64,000 bases of DNA from an uncultured delta proteobacterium (GCA_963812015.1 CAWETI010000003.1:1216001-1280000); one strand, 5' to 3'. Positions 36,446-47,406 are shown, counted from the first letter of the stretch. Made by a program: numbers and translations. Notes: generated by a model not told the origin, from the sequence alone.

Positions 36446-37672
36446 GTGATTATGATTTTATATCTGGTGGACCGGTATTTTTGGCCTGATGAGTCAGCCG
36501 TTTCGTTGCTGCTCACCGACCTCGCCGAAGACTTGCAGGCCATTGGCCATGAGGTGCATGTCTTTACTTCCCGGCAATTATATAATCAACCCCAGGCCAA
36601 ATTGCCGGAGGAGCAAATTTGGCATGGGGTCAAGATACACCGCCTGCGAACGAGTTGCTTCGGTCGCCGTCATTTCTGGCTACGCCTGGTGGATGCACTT
36701 ACCTTCCATCTGGCGCTACACGCCGCCAATAAGTTAATCGTTAAGCCGGATGCCTGGTTCGTTATGACAGAACCGCCGCTTATTTTAAATACCGTGTTAA
36801 AGTTACGTCGGAAACTGGGTGGTCGAGTAATTCACCATGTGGACGATCTCTACCCTGATCTGGCCATGGCCCTGGGGTCCTTGCCCCGGCGTGGGCCCAT
36901 CGCAACTCTCCTGGAGCGCTGGGCAAAAGAGGGGCTGGCAAACTGTGATCAAGTCCTGGCCTTAGGAGAATGCATGGCCGAGGTTTTGAAGAAAAAGGGG
37001 GTTGCCGATGACCGCCTGGCGATAACGCCACCGTGGGCAGACGGCAGCAGGCTCAAGCCCTTGGACCATGGCGAAAACCGGTTTCGCCAAGAAATTGGCA
37101 TTGCCAGTGATCAGTTGGTGGTGATGTATTCAGGCAATATGGGACAAGGCCACCGGTTTGAAACCATATTGGAGGCGGCTCGTTCCCTGTCGCCTAATGG
37201 CAACGTCCAATTCGTCTTTATCGGCGACGGGGCCAAGAAAAATCAGATTGAAGCCTTTTATCAGGCCCATAACCTTAAAAATATTATGATGCTGCCGTAC
37301 CAACCCAGGGAAAGGCTCAGGGAAACCTTGTCCGCCGGTGATATTCACCTGATTTCCTTGGATCCAAGAGTCCAGGGATTTATCGTGCCCAGCAAGCTGG
37401 CCGGGATTCTGGCGGTGGGTAGGCCGGCGGTATTTGTGGGAGATGAAAAAAACAGCATAGCCTCGGCGATTCTTCGGGAACAATGTGGCCACGTCATCCC
37501 CGAAGGGGATGTCGGACAGCTCCGGAAGATCATCGAGGGATTGCTAAAAAATCCAGAGGAACGCAAGCGGTTAGGGGAATCTGCCAGGAAGTTGTTTGAA
37601 AGGGAATATGACCGCGCCGTAGTGGTACCAAGAATTATCGCTAAAATTGAGAATAGTACGTGTAAAGCGTAG
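36446..37672 (+). CDS. GT4 glycosyltransferase (WbuB-like)
   Basis: YFWPD, TEPP, DDLYPD, MYSGNMGQGH, VPSKL. Confidence 0.92.
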   Translation: MIMILYLVDRYFWPDESAVSLLLTDLAEDLQAIGHEVHVFTSRQLYNQPQAKLPEEQIWHGVKIHRLRTSCFGRRHFWLRLVDALTFHLALHAANKLIVKPDAWFVMTEPPLILNTVLKLRRKLGGRVIHHVDDLYPDLAMALGSLPRRGPIATLLERWAKEGLANCDQVLALGECMAEVLKKKGVADDRLAITPPWADGSRLKPLDHGENRFRQEIGIASDQLVVMYSGNMGQGHRFETILEAARSLSPNGNVQFVFIGDGAKKNQIEAFYQAHNLKNIMMLPYQPRERLRETLSAGDIHLISLDPRVQGFIVPSKLAGILAVGRPAVFVGDEKNSIASAILREQCGHVIPEGDVGQLRKIIEGLLKNPEERKRLGESARKLFEREYDRAVVVPRIIAKIENSTCKA

Positions 37673-38186
37673 TTATTGGGTGAGGGTGACAAGTCATCAC
37701 GGTTAGGAAACACTGCAAATAAGGCATTAAATGGAAGGTATTATTGGCGTGATTTATGAGATAGCACCATAGCGATTATTCAGGATTATAGGAAATTATC
37801 AAAAAACATTAAGTATTTAAAGAGGTTATTAAACTTATCGCGGATATTAACACACCCATTGGACAATTAATAAAACTCATATCGGTACAGGTTTTTGAGC
37901 ACCCGGTGGATGGCCTTGATGATCACGGACCAAAACCCCGAAAACTTTCTTCCTGGTTACTCTGGGGGGCTATGTTATGCGGCCAGTTAAGCACCGCGAA
38001 TAATTCTGCGGCGCCGGGAGTTTATTAGTCTGACAAAGGCGCACACGATCTCTCCTGGGCCTCTCGAGGAGGAAGCGCTCTTCAGCAAGGGGGGCGGCGA
38101 TTGGCGGAACTTGCCAGCTTGCTCCCAACCATGCTCTTGGAACGCCGCAACCTTTACGCCAGGCTTTCCCTTAGACCACCGGATAA

Positions 38187-38215
38187 TTGACAATCCTTGC
38201 TATTCGGTATATATG
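38187..38215 (+). promoter_or_regulatory. Candidate sigma70 promoter upstream of the wzy-like gene
   Basis: TTGACA at 38187-38192 followed 15-17 bp later by TATATATG. Confidence 0.4.
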
Positions 38216-38288
38216 TCGGACACTAAGGTTATTTCCTGAACTTAATTTGGCAAAAACACCTTATTTAAATCAAGAAAAGGTAAAGTAA

Positions 38289-39653
38289 ATGATGGGAAAT
38301 ATTTCATTACTCATATTTTCAACTATATTTATATGTATTATTGTAATATATTTGTATAAAAAATGGCCAGATCTTGATATAATTGATATATATATTATAT
38401 TTGCGCTATTGCATTTTGGTCTAAATCCTTTTATTAGAGGATTATATTTTGGAAGAGATATTGTTATTGATTTTCGTAATAGCAATCCTTTTGCAATAGG
38501 TATAGTCTTTGGCCAGATATTAATTATATTATTGATTATCAGGGGGGTTATGGCATGTTTCCCCATAAGGTTTCTTAAATACATAAAGATTAGATACATA
38601 ATTGAGCAATGTGATCGCATCAATAAATATGTCTTATTTTTAATATATGCTGGTTTAGTTGCATTTCCGATCGTTAGTTACTATGTTTATGGGGTAAAGA
38701 CCTATATACTGCCAGAAGATTTTGAGAAGATTGGAAAATATCTACCATATTGGTTTAGTTCCGTTCGTACAATTTATAATTATATTGCCTTTTGTATTTT
38801 TCTTAGCCTGTTTGCTAAGATTGTAAAATCTAAGAAACATCAACAGATTATGTGGATTATCTTGACGGTCATTTTTGTTTTAACTATAACAATTTTTGGG
38901 AGAAGATATTTTTTAAATATGATCGTATTGGGAGTCATTTTCTGGTTTGTATATAGGCAAGAAAATATTTATCGATTGAAATATTTAGCTATTGGTTTGT
39001 TATCAGTTGGCGCTTTTTTCCTATTTAGTAATATTTATCAATCATATCGCCAGGTTCTTTTTTCAGTAGGTCAGGTTAATACGAAAAAACTAGAAAATCC
39101 ATTTTCAGCAGCATTTAATTTTAATTCCACGATAGACAATCTTAAAGTAAGAGCGGGAACGTGGGAATTCAATTATTTGGTAATTAATCATCAAATTGAT
39201 AAATCGGGAATGACTACGAATGGACGTGTAATTTGGGAGAGTTTTAAAAGTTCTATACCAAGAATTTTATGGCCAGGGAAACAATTTTCCCTTATAGACG
39301 ATATGTTAGCTGAGTTATACAACATTGATAAACGAGATATTAATATTTCTAAAAATATATTCGGCATCGCCCAATTAGAATATAGTTATTATTCTATTAT
39401 AATCGTGCCAATAGTAATTATATTAATAACCGCTATGATGGCCGGCCTTATTGCTATGACTTTACAATACCCAACTTTCATGGTGTTGTTTGTAGGAAAT
39501 ATCATGTGGTATTTAATAAATTTTGAAGAAAATGGTAATCAGATATTTTTCATGCTAAGATATATAATATTGACAAGCGTTTTATTTATATTATATATTA
39601 TGGTATATAAAATATATGTAAATTATATTAATAATAAAAAAATAGATAATTAA
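38289..39653 (+). CDS. wzy: Polytopic membrane protein, probable Wzy O-unit polymerase
   Basis: About 10-11 TM segments, FGRR motif, large loop containing IPRILWPGK, very AT-rich, located in a Wzx-containing locus. Confidence 0.65.
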   Translation: MMGNISLLIFSTIFICIIVIYLYKKWPDLDIIDIYIIFALLHFGLNPFIRGLYFGRDIVIDFRNSNPFAIGIVFGQILIILLIIRGVMACFPIRFLKYIKIRYIIEQCDRINKYVLFLIYAGLVAFPIVSYYVYGVKTYILPEDFEKIGKYLPYWFSSVRTIYNYIAFCIFLSLFAKIVKSKKHQQIMWIILTVIFVLTITIFGRRYFLNMIVLGVIFWFVYRQENIYRLKYLAIGLLSVGAFFLFSNIYQSYRQVLFSVGQVNTKKLENPFSAAFNFNSTIDNLKVRAGTWEFNYLVINHQIDKSGMTTNGRVIWESFKSSIPRILWPGKQFSLIDDMLAELYNIDKRDINISKNIFGIAQLEYSYYSIIIVPIVIILITAMMAGLIAMTLQYPTFMVLFVGNIMWYLINFEENGNQIFFMLRYIILTSVLFILYIMVYKIYVNYINNKKIDN

Positions 39654-39748
39654 TTGTTAATTAATTAGGTCAATATATGATAATTGTATTATTAATAATT
39701 AATAGATCACATAATCAATTGTAAAAATTACGTAAATTGGTATGGTAA

Positions 39749-41563
39749 ATGTGCGGCATTGCGGGTATCTTCGCCTATCATAACTCGGCTCCCCCGATAG
39801 ATGTGGAGGAGACCTTAAAGATTCGGGAGGCCATGCGACCTCGGGGGCCGGATGGGGCTGGGTTATGGATTTCTCAGGATAAACGGGTAGCTCTGGCCCA
39901 TCGCCGTCTCTCAATTATTGATTTGAGTGAGGCTGGAGCCCAACCCATGGGAACTCCCGATCAATCCGTCTGGGTGGTATTCAACGGCGAAATTTATAAC
40001 TACCGGGAACTCCGGCACGGTCTGGAGAACCGGGGGCATCGCTTCCATTCCCAGAGTGATACCGAGGTCTTGCTCCATCTCTACCAGGAATACGGGGATG
40101 GCATGATGGACCGACTGCGGGGCATGTATGCCTTTGCCATTTGGGACGACGCCCGGAAAAGCCTGCTCCTGAGCCGCGATCCCTTTGGCATCAAGCCCCT
40201 CTATTACGCCGATGATGGGAAAACTTTAAGGTTTGCTTCCCAGGTTAAGGCTTTGTTGGCCGGCGGGGCCGTGGATACCAGCCCCCAGCCCGCCGGGCAC
40301 GCCGGTTTTTTCCTCTGGGGCTATGTGCCGGAACCCTACACCCTGTTCCAGGGAGTTCGGGCTCTCCCGGCGGGATCGACCTTGCTCAGAGACCTCCGGG
40401 GAAACTCAGCGGCGAAGAGCTTCTGTGCGATTCCCCAAGAGCTGGAAACGGCTTTTGCGGCCGGGAAGCAAGCCGGCCTCGGCAAGGCCGCGGTTCAAGC
40501 TGAGTTAAGGACAGCCCTGGCTGACAGCGTCAAGCATCATTTGGTGGCCGATGTGCCGGTGGGCGTATTCCTCTCGTCGGGGTTGGATTCGAGTACGATC
40601 ACGGCCTTGGCCAGCCAGGGGCAGGGGCAGTTACATTCCATCACCCTGGGATTCCAGGAATTGCGGGGTAGCGACAGCGATGAAACCGCTTTTGCCGCCA
40701 CGATTGCGGCGCGCTATGGCACGATTCACCGAACCCAATGGGTCACCAGAGAGGATTTTGAAGGCGATCGCCGACGCATCCTGGAAGTGATGGACCAACC
40801 CAGCATCGACGGGATCAATATGTATTTTGTCGCTAAGGTGGCCGCGGCCGCAGGTATGAAAACCGCCCTGTCGGGCCTGGGGGGTGACGAACTCTTCGGC
40901 GGCTATCCCAGTTTTCAGGACATCCCCCGGATGGTCCGGATCCTGGCCCTGGCAGGGAGGTTCCCGGGATGGGGCCGGATGTGCCGGAGAGTTACGGCGC
41001 CCTGGCTGAAACGCTTCACTTCGCCGAAATATGCCGGGTTGATGGAGTATGGCGGCAGCTACGCCGGGGCCTACCTGCTGCGGCGGGGGTTATTCATGCC
41101 CTGGGAACTTCCCGAAGTCATGGACCCAGATATGGCCCGGGCGGGATGGGAAGAGCTGCAGCCGCTGGTGCGTCTGGAAGAGACTATCCCCAACTCTCCG
41201 GCAGATTTTCTGAAGGTTTCGGCCCTGGAAATGGTATGGTATATGCGGAATCAACTCCTCAGGGTGGCTGATTGGGCCGGGATGGCCCATTCCCTGGAAA
41301 TCCGGGTGCCCCTGGTGGATATCGTGCTCCTGAGAAAGATTGCGCCCTTGCTGGCGGCGGACTATCGCCCGGGGAAACTGGACATGGCCGCTACGCTTGC
41401 GACTCCCTTGCCCGATGCAGTCCTCCAGCGCGCCAAATCTGGATTTTTTGTGCCGGTGGGACGCTGGCTGGTGCCGACCTCTACCCCGTTGGCTGCCAAG
41501 CGGTACCGTCATGGGCGCGCCTGGGCCCGAGTCGTCTATAAGCACCATACCGCCCCCTCGTGA
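39749..41563 (+). CDS. asnB: Asparagine-synthase-like glutamine amidotransferase (glycan amidation)
   Basis: MCGIAG, RGPDG, HRRLSIID, FNGEIYNY, RDPFGIKPLY, LSSGLDS, SGLGGDELFGGY. Confidence 0.93.
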   Translation: MCGIAGIFAYHNSAPPIDVEETLKIREAMRPRGPDGAGLWISQDKRVALAHRRLSIIDLSEAGAQPMGTPDQSVWVVFNGEIYNYRELRHGLENRGHRFHSQSDTEVLLHLYQEYGDGMMDRLRGMYAFAIWDDARKSLLLSRDPFGIKPLYYADDGKTLRFASQVKALLAGGAVDTSPQPAGHAGFFLWGYVPEPYTLFQGVRALPAGSTLLRDLRGNSAAKSFCAIPQELETAFAAGKQAGLGKAAVQAELRTALADSVKHHLVADVPVGVFLSSGLDSSTITALASQGQGQLHSITLGFQELRGSDSDETAFAATIAARYGTIHRTQWVTREDFEGDRRRILEVMDQPSIDGINMYFVAKVAAAAGMKTALSGLGGDELFGGYPSFQDIPRMVRILALAGRFPGWGRMCRRVTAPWLKRFTSPKYAGLMEYGGSYAGAYLLRRGLFMPWELPEVMDPDMARAGWEELQPLVRLEETIPNSPADFLKVSALEMVWYMRNQLLRVADWAGMAHSLEIRVPLVDIVLLRKIAPLLAADYRPGKLDMAATLATPLPDAVLQRAKSGFFVPVGRWLVPTSTPLAAKRYRHGRAWARVVYKHHTAPS

Positions 41564-41692
41564 GAGCTTAATTTCAGGCCATGGACGCTTATTGAGGTCT
41601 AGGTTATACTTCTCGAAAATTTCAGATACCATAAAAAATTGGTTTTTAGAAATCCTTATGCGATCATAATTCTTGCAAGATAGGGATGAAGA

Positions 41693-42622
41693 ATGCCGAA
41701 ATTAAAGTGTAATATTCCGAATGGATTTGATTCACCTATAGCACTGCCAAGGGATGAGGGGGAAGAACGCCTTTGGCAAGATTTTAATCGCTCTTGGTGG
41801 GAAGCACACCCGATGACGTATGATTGGGCTCATAAGTTCGATTTCGATGAATTTACAAAAGAATTTTATTTTGATCTGGATAGACGTTTTTTCTCAGGCG
41901 CTCAGGAATATATGCCATGGAATAAAATTCCTTTCGATCCTTTAATTGATTTTAATTCTCTCAGAGATAAAGATGTTCTTGAGATAGGAGTGGGAAGTGG
42001 AAGCCATGCACAATTGCTTGCACATTATTCAAAATCGTTTACTGGCATTGATATTACCGATTATGCGGTTAAAAGCACATCGAAACGGATGAAATGTTTT
42101 GGTTATAATGCAGAAATTATACGTATGGATGCTGAACAAATGAGTTTTAATGATAATAAATTCGATTTTATTTGGAGCTGGGGAGTGATCCACCATTCTT
42201 CAAATACCAATAAAATACTTGCAGAGATGGCAAGAGTTTTGAGACCAGGCGGCCGGGCTATTGTGATGGTGTACCATCGAGGTTTTTTTAATTATTATAT
42301 AGTCAAAGGTTTGATTAGCGGAATATTGAAAGGTAATTTATTTAGAGCAAAATCGATACATAAAACAGCCCAATATTGGACTGATGGCGCTATTGCAAGG
42401 TATTACTCTGCTTCTGAATGGAAGGAGTTATGTTCTAAATTCTTTCATGTTGAAGATATCTCAGTGTTCGGACTGAAATCCGGACTCATCCCATTGCCTG
42501 CAGGGAAAATTAAAGATCTTATTTTGAGGATAATTCCACACCCATTAAGCCGTTTTTTAACCAATGAATGTAAAATGGGCGAATTTCTTGTGGCAAAATT
42601 AGAAAATCGATCGAGCCCTTAG
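41693..42622 (+). CDS. Class I SAM-dependent methyltransferase
   Basis: VLEIGVGSG, GIDI, FDFIWSWGVIHH, RVLRPGG. Confidence 0.92.
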   Translation: MPKLKCNIPNGFDSPIALPRDEGEERLWQDFNRSWWEAHPMTYDWAHKFDFDEFTKEFYFDLDRRFFSGAQEYMPWNKIPFDPLIDFNSLRDKDVLEIGVGSGSHAQLLAHYSKSFTGIDITDYAVKSTSKRMKCFGYNAEIIRMDAEQMSFNDNKFDFIWSWGVIHHSSNTNKILAEMARVLRPGGRAIVMVYHRGFFNYYIVKGLISGILKGNLFRAKSIHKTAQYWTDGAIARYYSASEWKELCSKFFHVEDISVFGLKSGLIPLPAGKIKDLILRIIPHPLSRFLTNECKMGEFLVAKLENRSSP

Positions 42623-42987
42623 TTCTAGAGGAGACGATCTTTTTGAGAACGACTCAAGCTTGGCAAAGGTGCCTCTTATGTCCAACATCCATAGCTTTGT
42701 CGGAAGTTTCCCTCGAATGCAGAAGGTTTTCCGAAAAATCTCCGGCCTCTTATCGAGATGTTTTCCCTGACCCGGGCATTTCTTGCTGCCTTAGCATGGC
42801 GACACTTCACATCATTAAACAAGATGGGGGCGGAAGTGTCGGTGTAGCAATGTCGGAAGGTTTGCCCACCTGGAGGGATTCTCAGGTAATGTCCATGGGG
42901 GAATGGCTGGGGCCAGGGCGATAGCGTAACGCATCCAGGCTTGCGTTGTATGACAAGAATGGTTTAATAACATCAAGGCTTGTGGCA

Positions 42988-44097
42988 ATGAGAATTCTGG
43001 TGCTTGCTTCCGATGCCTTCGGAGGCTACGGTGGGATAGCCAAGTACAACCGGGACCTGATCGACGCTCTATGCGACTACCCCGGGTTGTTGGAAGTGGT
43101 AGCCATTCCCCGGCATATCCCCATGCCCCTGGAGCTGTTGCCCTCCAAGCTTACTTACGTTACTGACGGTATAAACAGTAAATTTAGATATTTTTCGACG
43201 TTGTTGCGCCGCTTGGTAAGTCGACTAAAATACGATATGATTTTTTGTGGACATATTAATTTGCTGCCCATGGCCTATCTGGCAAAATGGAAACTCCGGG
43301 TCCCTCTGATCCTGGTTATATATGGGGTCGATGCCTGGTATCCTCCCGAAAGCACCCTGACAAAGAATATCCTCTCAAAAGTAGACGCGGTGATTTCCAT
43401 TAGCGAATTTACTAAAGATCGGTTTTTAACCTGGGCAGGGGTTAAAGAAGATAAGGTTTTTATTTTGCCCAATGCCGTGGAGCAGAAACATTACGGGGTT
43501 GGGATTAAGAACCCGGATTTGTTGAACCGGTACGGCTTGAACGGAAAAATCGTCTTACTGACCCTGGGGCGCCTGTCCGCAATTGAGCATGGCAAAGGGT
43601 TCGATGAGGTCATTGAGCTGCTGCCAGCGCTGTCAAAGCAAATCCCTGAGATAGCCTATCTGATCGTAGGCGACGGCGATGATCGTCGACGCCTAGAAGA
43701 TAAGGCCAGGTCCCTACGGGTAGCAGACCGAGTGGTTTTTACCGGCTTCATCGAAGAGAACGAAAAGCCGGACCATTACCGGTTGGCTGACGCCTATGTC
43801 ATGATTGGCCGGTTGGAGGGCTTCGGCTTCGCCTTTTTGGAAGCCATGGCCTGCGGCATACCGGTGGTGGGCAGCAAGCTGGATGGCAGTCGGGAAGCCT
43901 TGCGGGAGGGGGCTCTGGGAATCCTGGTGGACCCCCGGCGTCCGGATGACATTCAGGCCGGCATTCTTGAAGCCCTGAAGCGGCCCCGGGGGGTCATCCC
44001 GGCAGGGCTGGATTATTTCTCCTTCGAAAATTATGAGCAACGCTGCCATCAAATCCTGCGGCAGATTGCCACCCCAGGGAAGTCGGCTGGAATTTAG
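42988..44097 (+). CDS. GT4 glycosyltransferase
   Basis: Start MRILVL at 42988; GGIAKY, LGRL...KG, EGFGFAFLEAMACG. Confidence 0.93.
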   Translation: MRILVLASDAFGGYGGIAKYNRDLIDALCDYPGLLEVVAIPRHIPMPLELLPSKLTYVTDGINSKFRYFSTLLRRLVSRLKYDMIFCGHINLLPMAYLAKWKLRVPLILVIYGVDAWYPPESTLTKNILSKVDAVISISEFTKDRFLTWAGVKEDKVFILPNAVEQKHYGVGIKNPDLLNRYGLNGKIVLLTLGRLSAIEHGKGFDEVIELLPALSKQIPEIAYLIVGDGDDRRRLEDKARSLRVADRVVFTGFIEENEKPDHYRLADAYVMIGRLEGFGFAFLEAMACGIPVVGSKLDGSREALREGALGILVDPRRPDDIQAGILEALKRPRGVIPAGLDYFSFENYEQRCHQILRQIATPGKSAGI

Positions 44098-44101
44098 CTT
44101 T

Positions 44102-44142
44102 ATGAAGAAATGAAAAAATGAAAAAATGATAAAAATGAAAAC
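44102..44142 (+). repeat. Imperfect 8-nt tandem repeat (ATGAAAAA) spanning the gmd-like start
   Basis: ATGAAGAA-ATGAAAAA-ATGAAAAA-ATGATAAAA-ATGAAAAC, with ATGs at 44102, 44110, 44118, 44126 and 44135. Confidence 0.8.
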
Positions 44143-45106
44143 AGCGCTGATTTGCGGGATCTCAGGACAGGATGGGGCGTATCTGGCCCAACTTCTCCTG
44201 GCTAAAGGGTACCACGTGGTGGGCAGTTCCCGGGATGCCCAGATGTCATCTTTCGATAATTTGATCCGCCTCGGGGTGCGGAATCAGGTTTCGGTTGAAT
44301 CCGTGGCCCTCAACGATTTTCGGAGCGTGCTGCAGGCTCTCATTAAGGTGGAGCCGGATGAGATTTACAACCTGGCAGGGCAGAGCTCGGTGGCTCTGTC
44401 TTTTCTGCAGCCGGTGGAAACCCTGGAAAGTATCAGTGTGGGGACCCTCAACCTTCTGGAAGCCATCAGGTTCACCGGCAAGCCCGTCAAATTGTACAAT
44501 GCCTGTTCGGGCGAATGTTTTGGGGATATTGCCGACGCCGCCGATGAAACCACCCCGTTTCGCCCCCGCAGCCCGTATGCCGTGGCCAAGGCCGCGGCGT
44601 TTTGGGAAGTGGCCAACTACCGGGAGGCTTATAATATATTCGCCTGTTCCGGGATTTTGTTCAATCATGAATCGCCGTTGCGGCCGGCCCGTTTTGTGAC
44701 CCGCAAGATCGTGAGCGCGGCCTGCCGTATCGCAGCCGGCTCCCGGGAAAAACTTCAACTGGGTAATATTGCCATCCAGCGTGACTGGGGCTGGGCCCCG
44801 GAATATGTGGAAGCCATGTGGCGCATGGTGCAGCAGGAGCAGCCGGATGATTTCGTCATTGCCACGGGAGAGGGCCACTCTTTAGAGGACTTTGTGGCCA
44901 CCGCCTTTACTCAGGTGGGACTGGATTGGCGTGATCATGTCGTCATCGACCCGGGGCTGTTCCGGCCCACCGAAATTGCCATAAGCCGAGGTAATCCCCG
45001 GAAATCCCGGGAAACCTTCGGATGGCAGGCCCAATATAAAATGCCGGAAGTGATCACCTTGATGGTCAAAGATGAGCTGCAACACTTGAAGGGGCATGGA
45101 GCCTAA
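44126..45106 (+). CDS. GDP-mannose 4,6-dehydratase-like protein (divergent paralogue)
   Basis: [47 protein letters not shown]. Confidence 0.88.
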   Translation: MIKMKTALICGISGQDGAYLAQLLLAKGYHVVGSSRDAQMSSFDNLIRLGVRNQVSVESVALNDFRSVLQALIKVEPDEIYNLAGQSSVALSFLQPVETLESISVGTLNLLEAIRFTGKPVKLYNACSGECFGDIADAADETTPFRPRSPYAVAKAAAFWEVANYREAYNIFACSGILFNHESPLRPARFVTRKIVSAACRIAAGSREKLQLGNIAIQRDWGWAPEYVEAMWRMVQQEQPDDFVIATGEGHSLEDFVATAFTQVGLDWRDHVVIDPGLFRPTEIAISRGNPRKSRETFGWQAQYKMPEVITLMVKDELQHLKGHGA

Positions 45107-46298
45107 AATCCGCTTAGCCTACCTGGTGACTCACCCGATCCAATACCAGGCTCCCCTGCTGCGCCGGATTGCCGCGGAGCCCGGCATTGATCTGACGGTA
45201 TTTTTCTGCAGCGATTTTTCCCTGAGAAGTTACCTTGATCCCAGCTTTGGCAAATTCATTGCCTGGGATGTGCCCCTGGTCGGGGGATACCGGCATGAAA
45301 TTCTCCCAGCCCTGGGAAGGCAAGATCGGCTGTCCTTCTGGCGCCCCTTCAACTACGGTTTGGCGAGGCGTCTCCACCAGGGCAATTTTGATGTCCTCTG
45401 GGTCCATGGTTATAACCGCTGGTTCCATTGGCTCGCCATGGCCTGGGCCAAAATCCGCGGGCTCAAGGTGTTGGTGCGCGATGAAGCCACGCGCCGCAGC
45501 GGCTCCCGGCATAAGCTGAAGCGGCTGCTGAAGAGAATATTCTTTCTGGTTCTCAGGAGCTTAGGTGATGGGTTCCTGGCGATCGGGACGCTCAACGCCG
45601 AGTACTATCAATCCTATGGCATTGCCCCGGACCGGATTTTTTCGGTCCCCTACGCGGTGGATAACGCTTTTTTTCGAGATAAGGCCAGGGAGGCTGCAAG
45701 GGACCGGGAGCACTTGCGGCGCGACTTGGGGTTGGAACCCGGCCGGCCCATCATCCTTTACGCCAGCAAATTATCGGAGATCAAACGCGGCGCGGACCTG
45801 CTCGATGCCTATATCCGGATGTCGCCCGACCAGGGCCAAGAACCGGTCCCCTATCTGCTATTCATCGGCGATGGCGACCAGCGGCAATTCCTGGAGGATC
45901 GCGCCGGGGCGAAGCAGTGGAGTTCGATAAAGTTTTTGGGCTTCAAGAATCAGACCGAACTCCCCCGCTATTATGACCTGTGCGACGTGCTGGTGTTGCC
46001 CTCGGTCTTCGAGCCCTGGGGGCTGGTAATCAATGAAGTCATGAATGCCGGGCGGGCAGTGGTGGTGAGCGATCAGGTGGGGTGCGGCCCTGATTTGGTG
46101 AAACAAGGGGAAAACGGTTACGTCTTCAAAACCGGGGATATTGACGGCCTCCGTTGGGCGCTGCACGACATCGTGAGTAATCCGCCGAAATGCCGGGCCT
46201 TTGGGGAAAAAAGCCTGGAAATCATTGAGAAATGGGGCATAGAAGCGGACGTCGCCGGGCTGAACCAAGCCTTGGCATATGTCATGCAGCCTTCATAA
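45096..46298 (+). CDS. GT4 glycosyltransferase
   Basis: THPIQYQ, PYAVDN, YASKL...KR, EPWGLVINEVM. Confidence 0.92.
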   Translation: MEPKIRLAYLVTHPIQYQAPLLRRIAAEPGIDLTVFFCSDFSLRSYLDPSFGKFIAWDVPLVGGYRHEILPALGRQDRLSFWRPFNYGLARRLHQGNFDVLWVHGYNRWFHWLAMAWAKIRGLKVLVRDEATRRSGSRHKLKRLLKRIFFLVLRSLGDGFLAIGTLNAEYYQSYGIAPDRIFSVPYAVDNAFFRDKAREAARDREHLRRDLGLEPGRPIILYASKLSEIKRGADLLDAYIRMSPDQGQEPVPYLLFIGDGDQRQFLEDRAGAKQWSSIKFLGFKNQTELPRYYDLCDVLVLPSVFEPWGLVINEVMNAGRAVVVSDQVGCGPDLVKQGENGYVFKTGDIDGLRWALHDIVSNPPKCRAFGEKSLEIIEKWGIEADVAGLNQALAYVMQPS

Positions 46299-46338
46299 GC
46301 AGGGTGATGGTTTATTATTGGGTCGAAGGAAAGATAAA

Positions 46339-47352
46339 TTGAACATTTTATTTCTCGGGGCCGATGGCGGGAATGCCTTAAAAAGAGCCAAGGCCTTGAG
46401 CCGCCTCGGCCACGCAGTAATGCGGATAGATCCCTATAGTTTGTTCCCTTGTAAAAATTTTGTCGGGAGATTAATTTATTATGGGGGGGCTTCATTAATA
46501 GAGAATTACTTGAAGAGAAAGATTGTCCCGCTTATTAAGAAGTCGAGCTTTGATGTGATTTTCGTGGATAACGGGGAATTAGTTGGATGCAAAGTCTTAA
46601 AAGTTTTAAAACAAGTATCATCCATTATTATTAATTATAATAACGATGATCCCTTCGGGTTCCGGGATAAGAAAAAGTGGCGGTTATATCTGGAAGCCGT
46701 CCCGCACTATGATTTGTTGGCCGTGGTGCGATCGGTCAATGTTGCTGAGGCTTATTCCCTGGGGGCTAAGAAAGTTCTCCAGGTATTCATGGCGGTGGAT
46801 GAATTGGATGGGCCGAGGGAAATTACTCCCCAGGATCGGCGGCGATTTCCCCATGAAGTGCTGTTTATCGGGACCTGGATGCCGGAAAGAGGGCCATTTC
46901 TGCAGGAGTTGATGAAAGCCGGGGTGCCCCTGGCCATGTATGGCAACAGTTGGCAGAAGGCGCCGGAATGGCCCCAGTTGCAAGCGGTGTGGCAAGGCCC
47001 GGCTATTTATGGAGATGATTATCTCAAGGCCATTCAACTGGCCAAGATTTCTCTAGGGCTTCTGTCCAAAGGGAATCGAGATTTGCACACCACCAGAACT
47101 TTTGAAATTCCTTATTGCGGGGGATTGCTGTGTGCCGAACGCACCTCTGAACACTTACAGTTATATCAGGAAGATGTCGAGGCGGTTTACTGGAGTGATG
47201 TGAAGGAATGCATTGAGAAATGCCAGTATCTGCTTAATAATGATAAGATACGCCAAGAGATTGCTGAAAATGGCCGGAGGCGTTGTCTGCGGAACGGCAT
47301 TTTCAACGAACGCAACCTGGCAAAAATGTTGGAAGCAGCCGGCGCTTTCTAA
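46339..47352 (+). CDS. Glycosyltransferase (Glyco_trans_1_2 / CgeB-like)
   Basis: YNNDDPF, FIGTWMPERG, NRDLHTTRTFEIPYCGG. Probable TTG start at 46339. Confidence 0.85.
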   Translation: MNILFLGADGGNALKRAKALSRLGHAVMRIDPYSLFPCKNFVGRLIYYGGASLIENYLKRKIVPLIKKSSFDVIFVDNGELVGCKVLKVLKQVSSIIINYNNDDPFGFRDKKKWRLYLEAVPHYDLLAVVRSVNVAEAYSLGAKKVLQVFMAVDELDGPREITPQDRRRFPHEVLFIGTWMPERGPFLQELMKAGVPLAMYGNSWQKAPEWPQLQAVWQGPAIYGDDYLKAIQLAKISLGLLSKGNRDLHTTRTFEIPYCGGLLCAERTSEHLQLYQEDVEAVYWSDVKECIEKCQYLLNNDKIRQEIAENGRRRCLRNGIFNERNLAKMLEAAGAF

Positions 47353-47406
47353 GGCGTATTCTAGCCAAGATATTCTAAAAATCACCCATATTGGGGTAGT
47401 TATTCA

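Noticed and set aside
42643..42924. 93-aa intergenic ORF
   Set aside because: TTG start, no motif and no other support for coding
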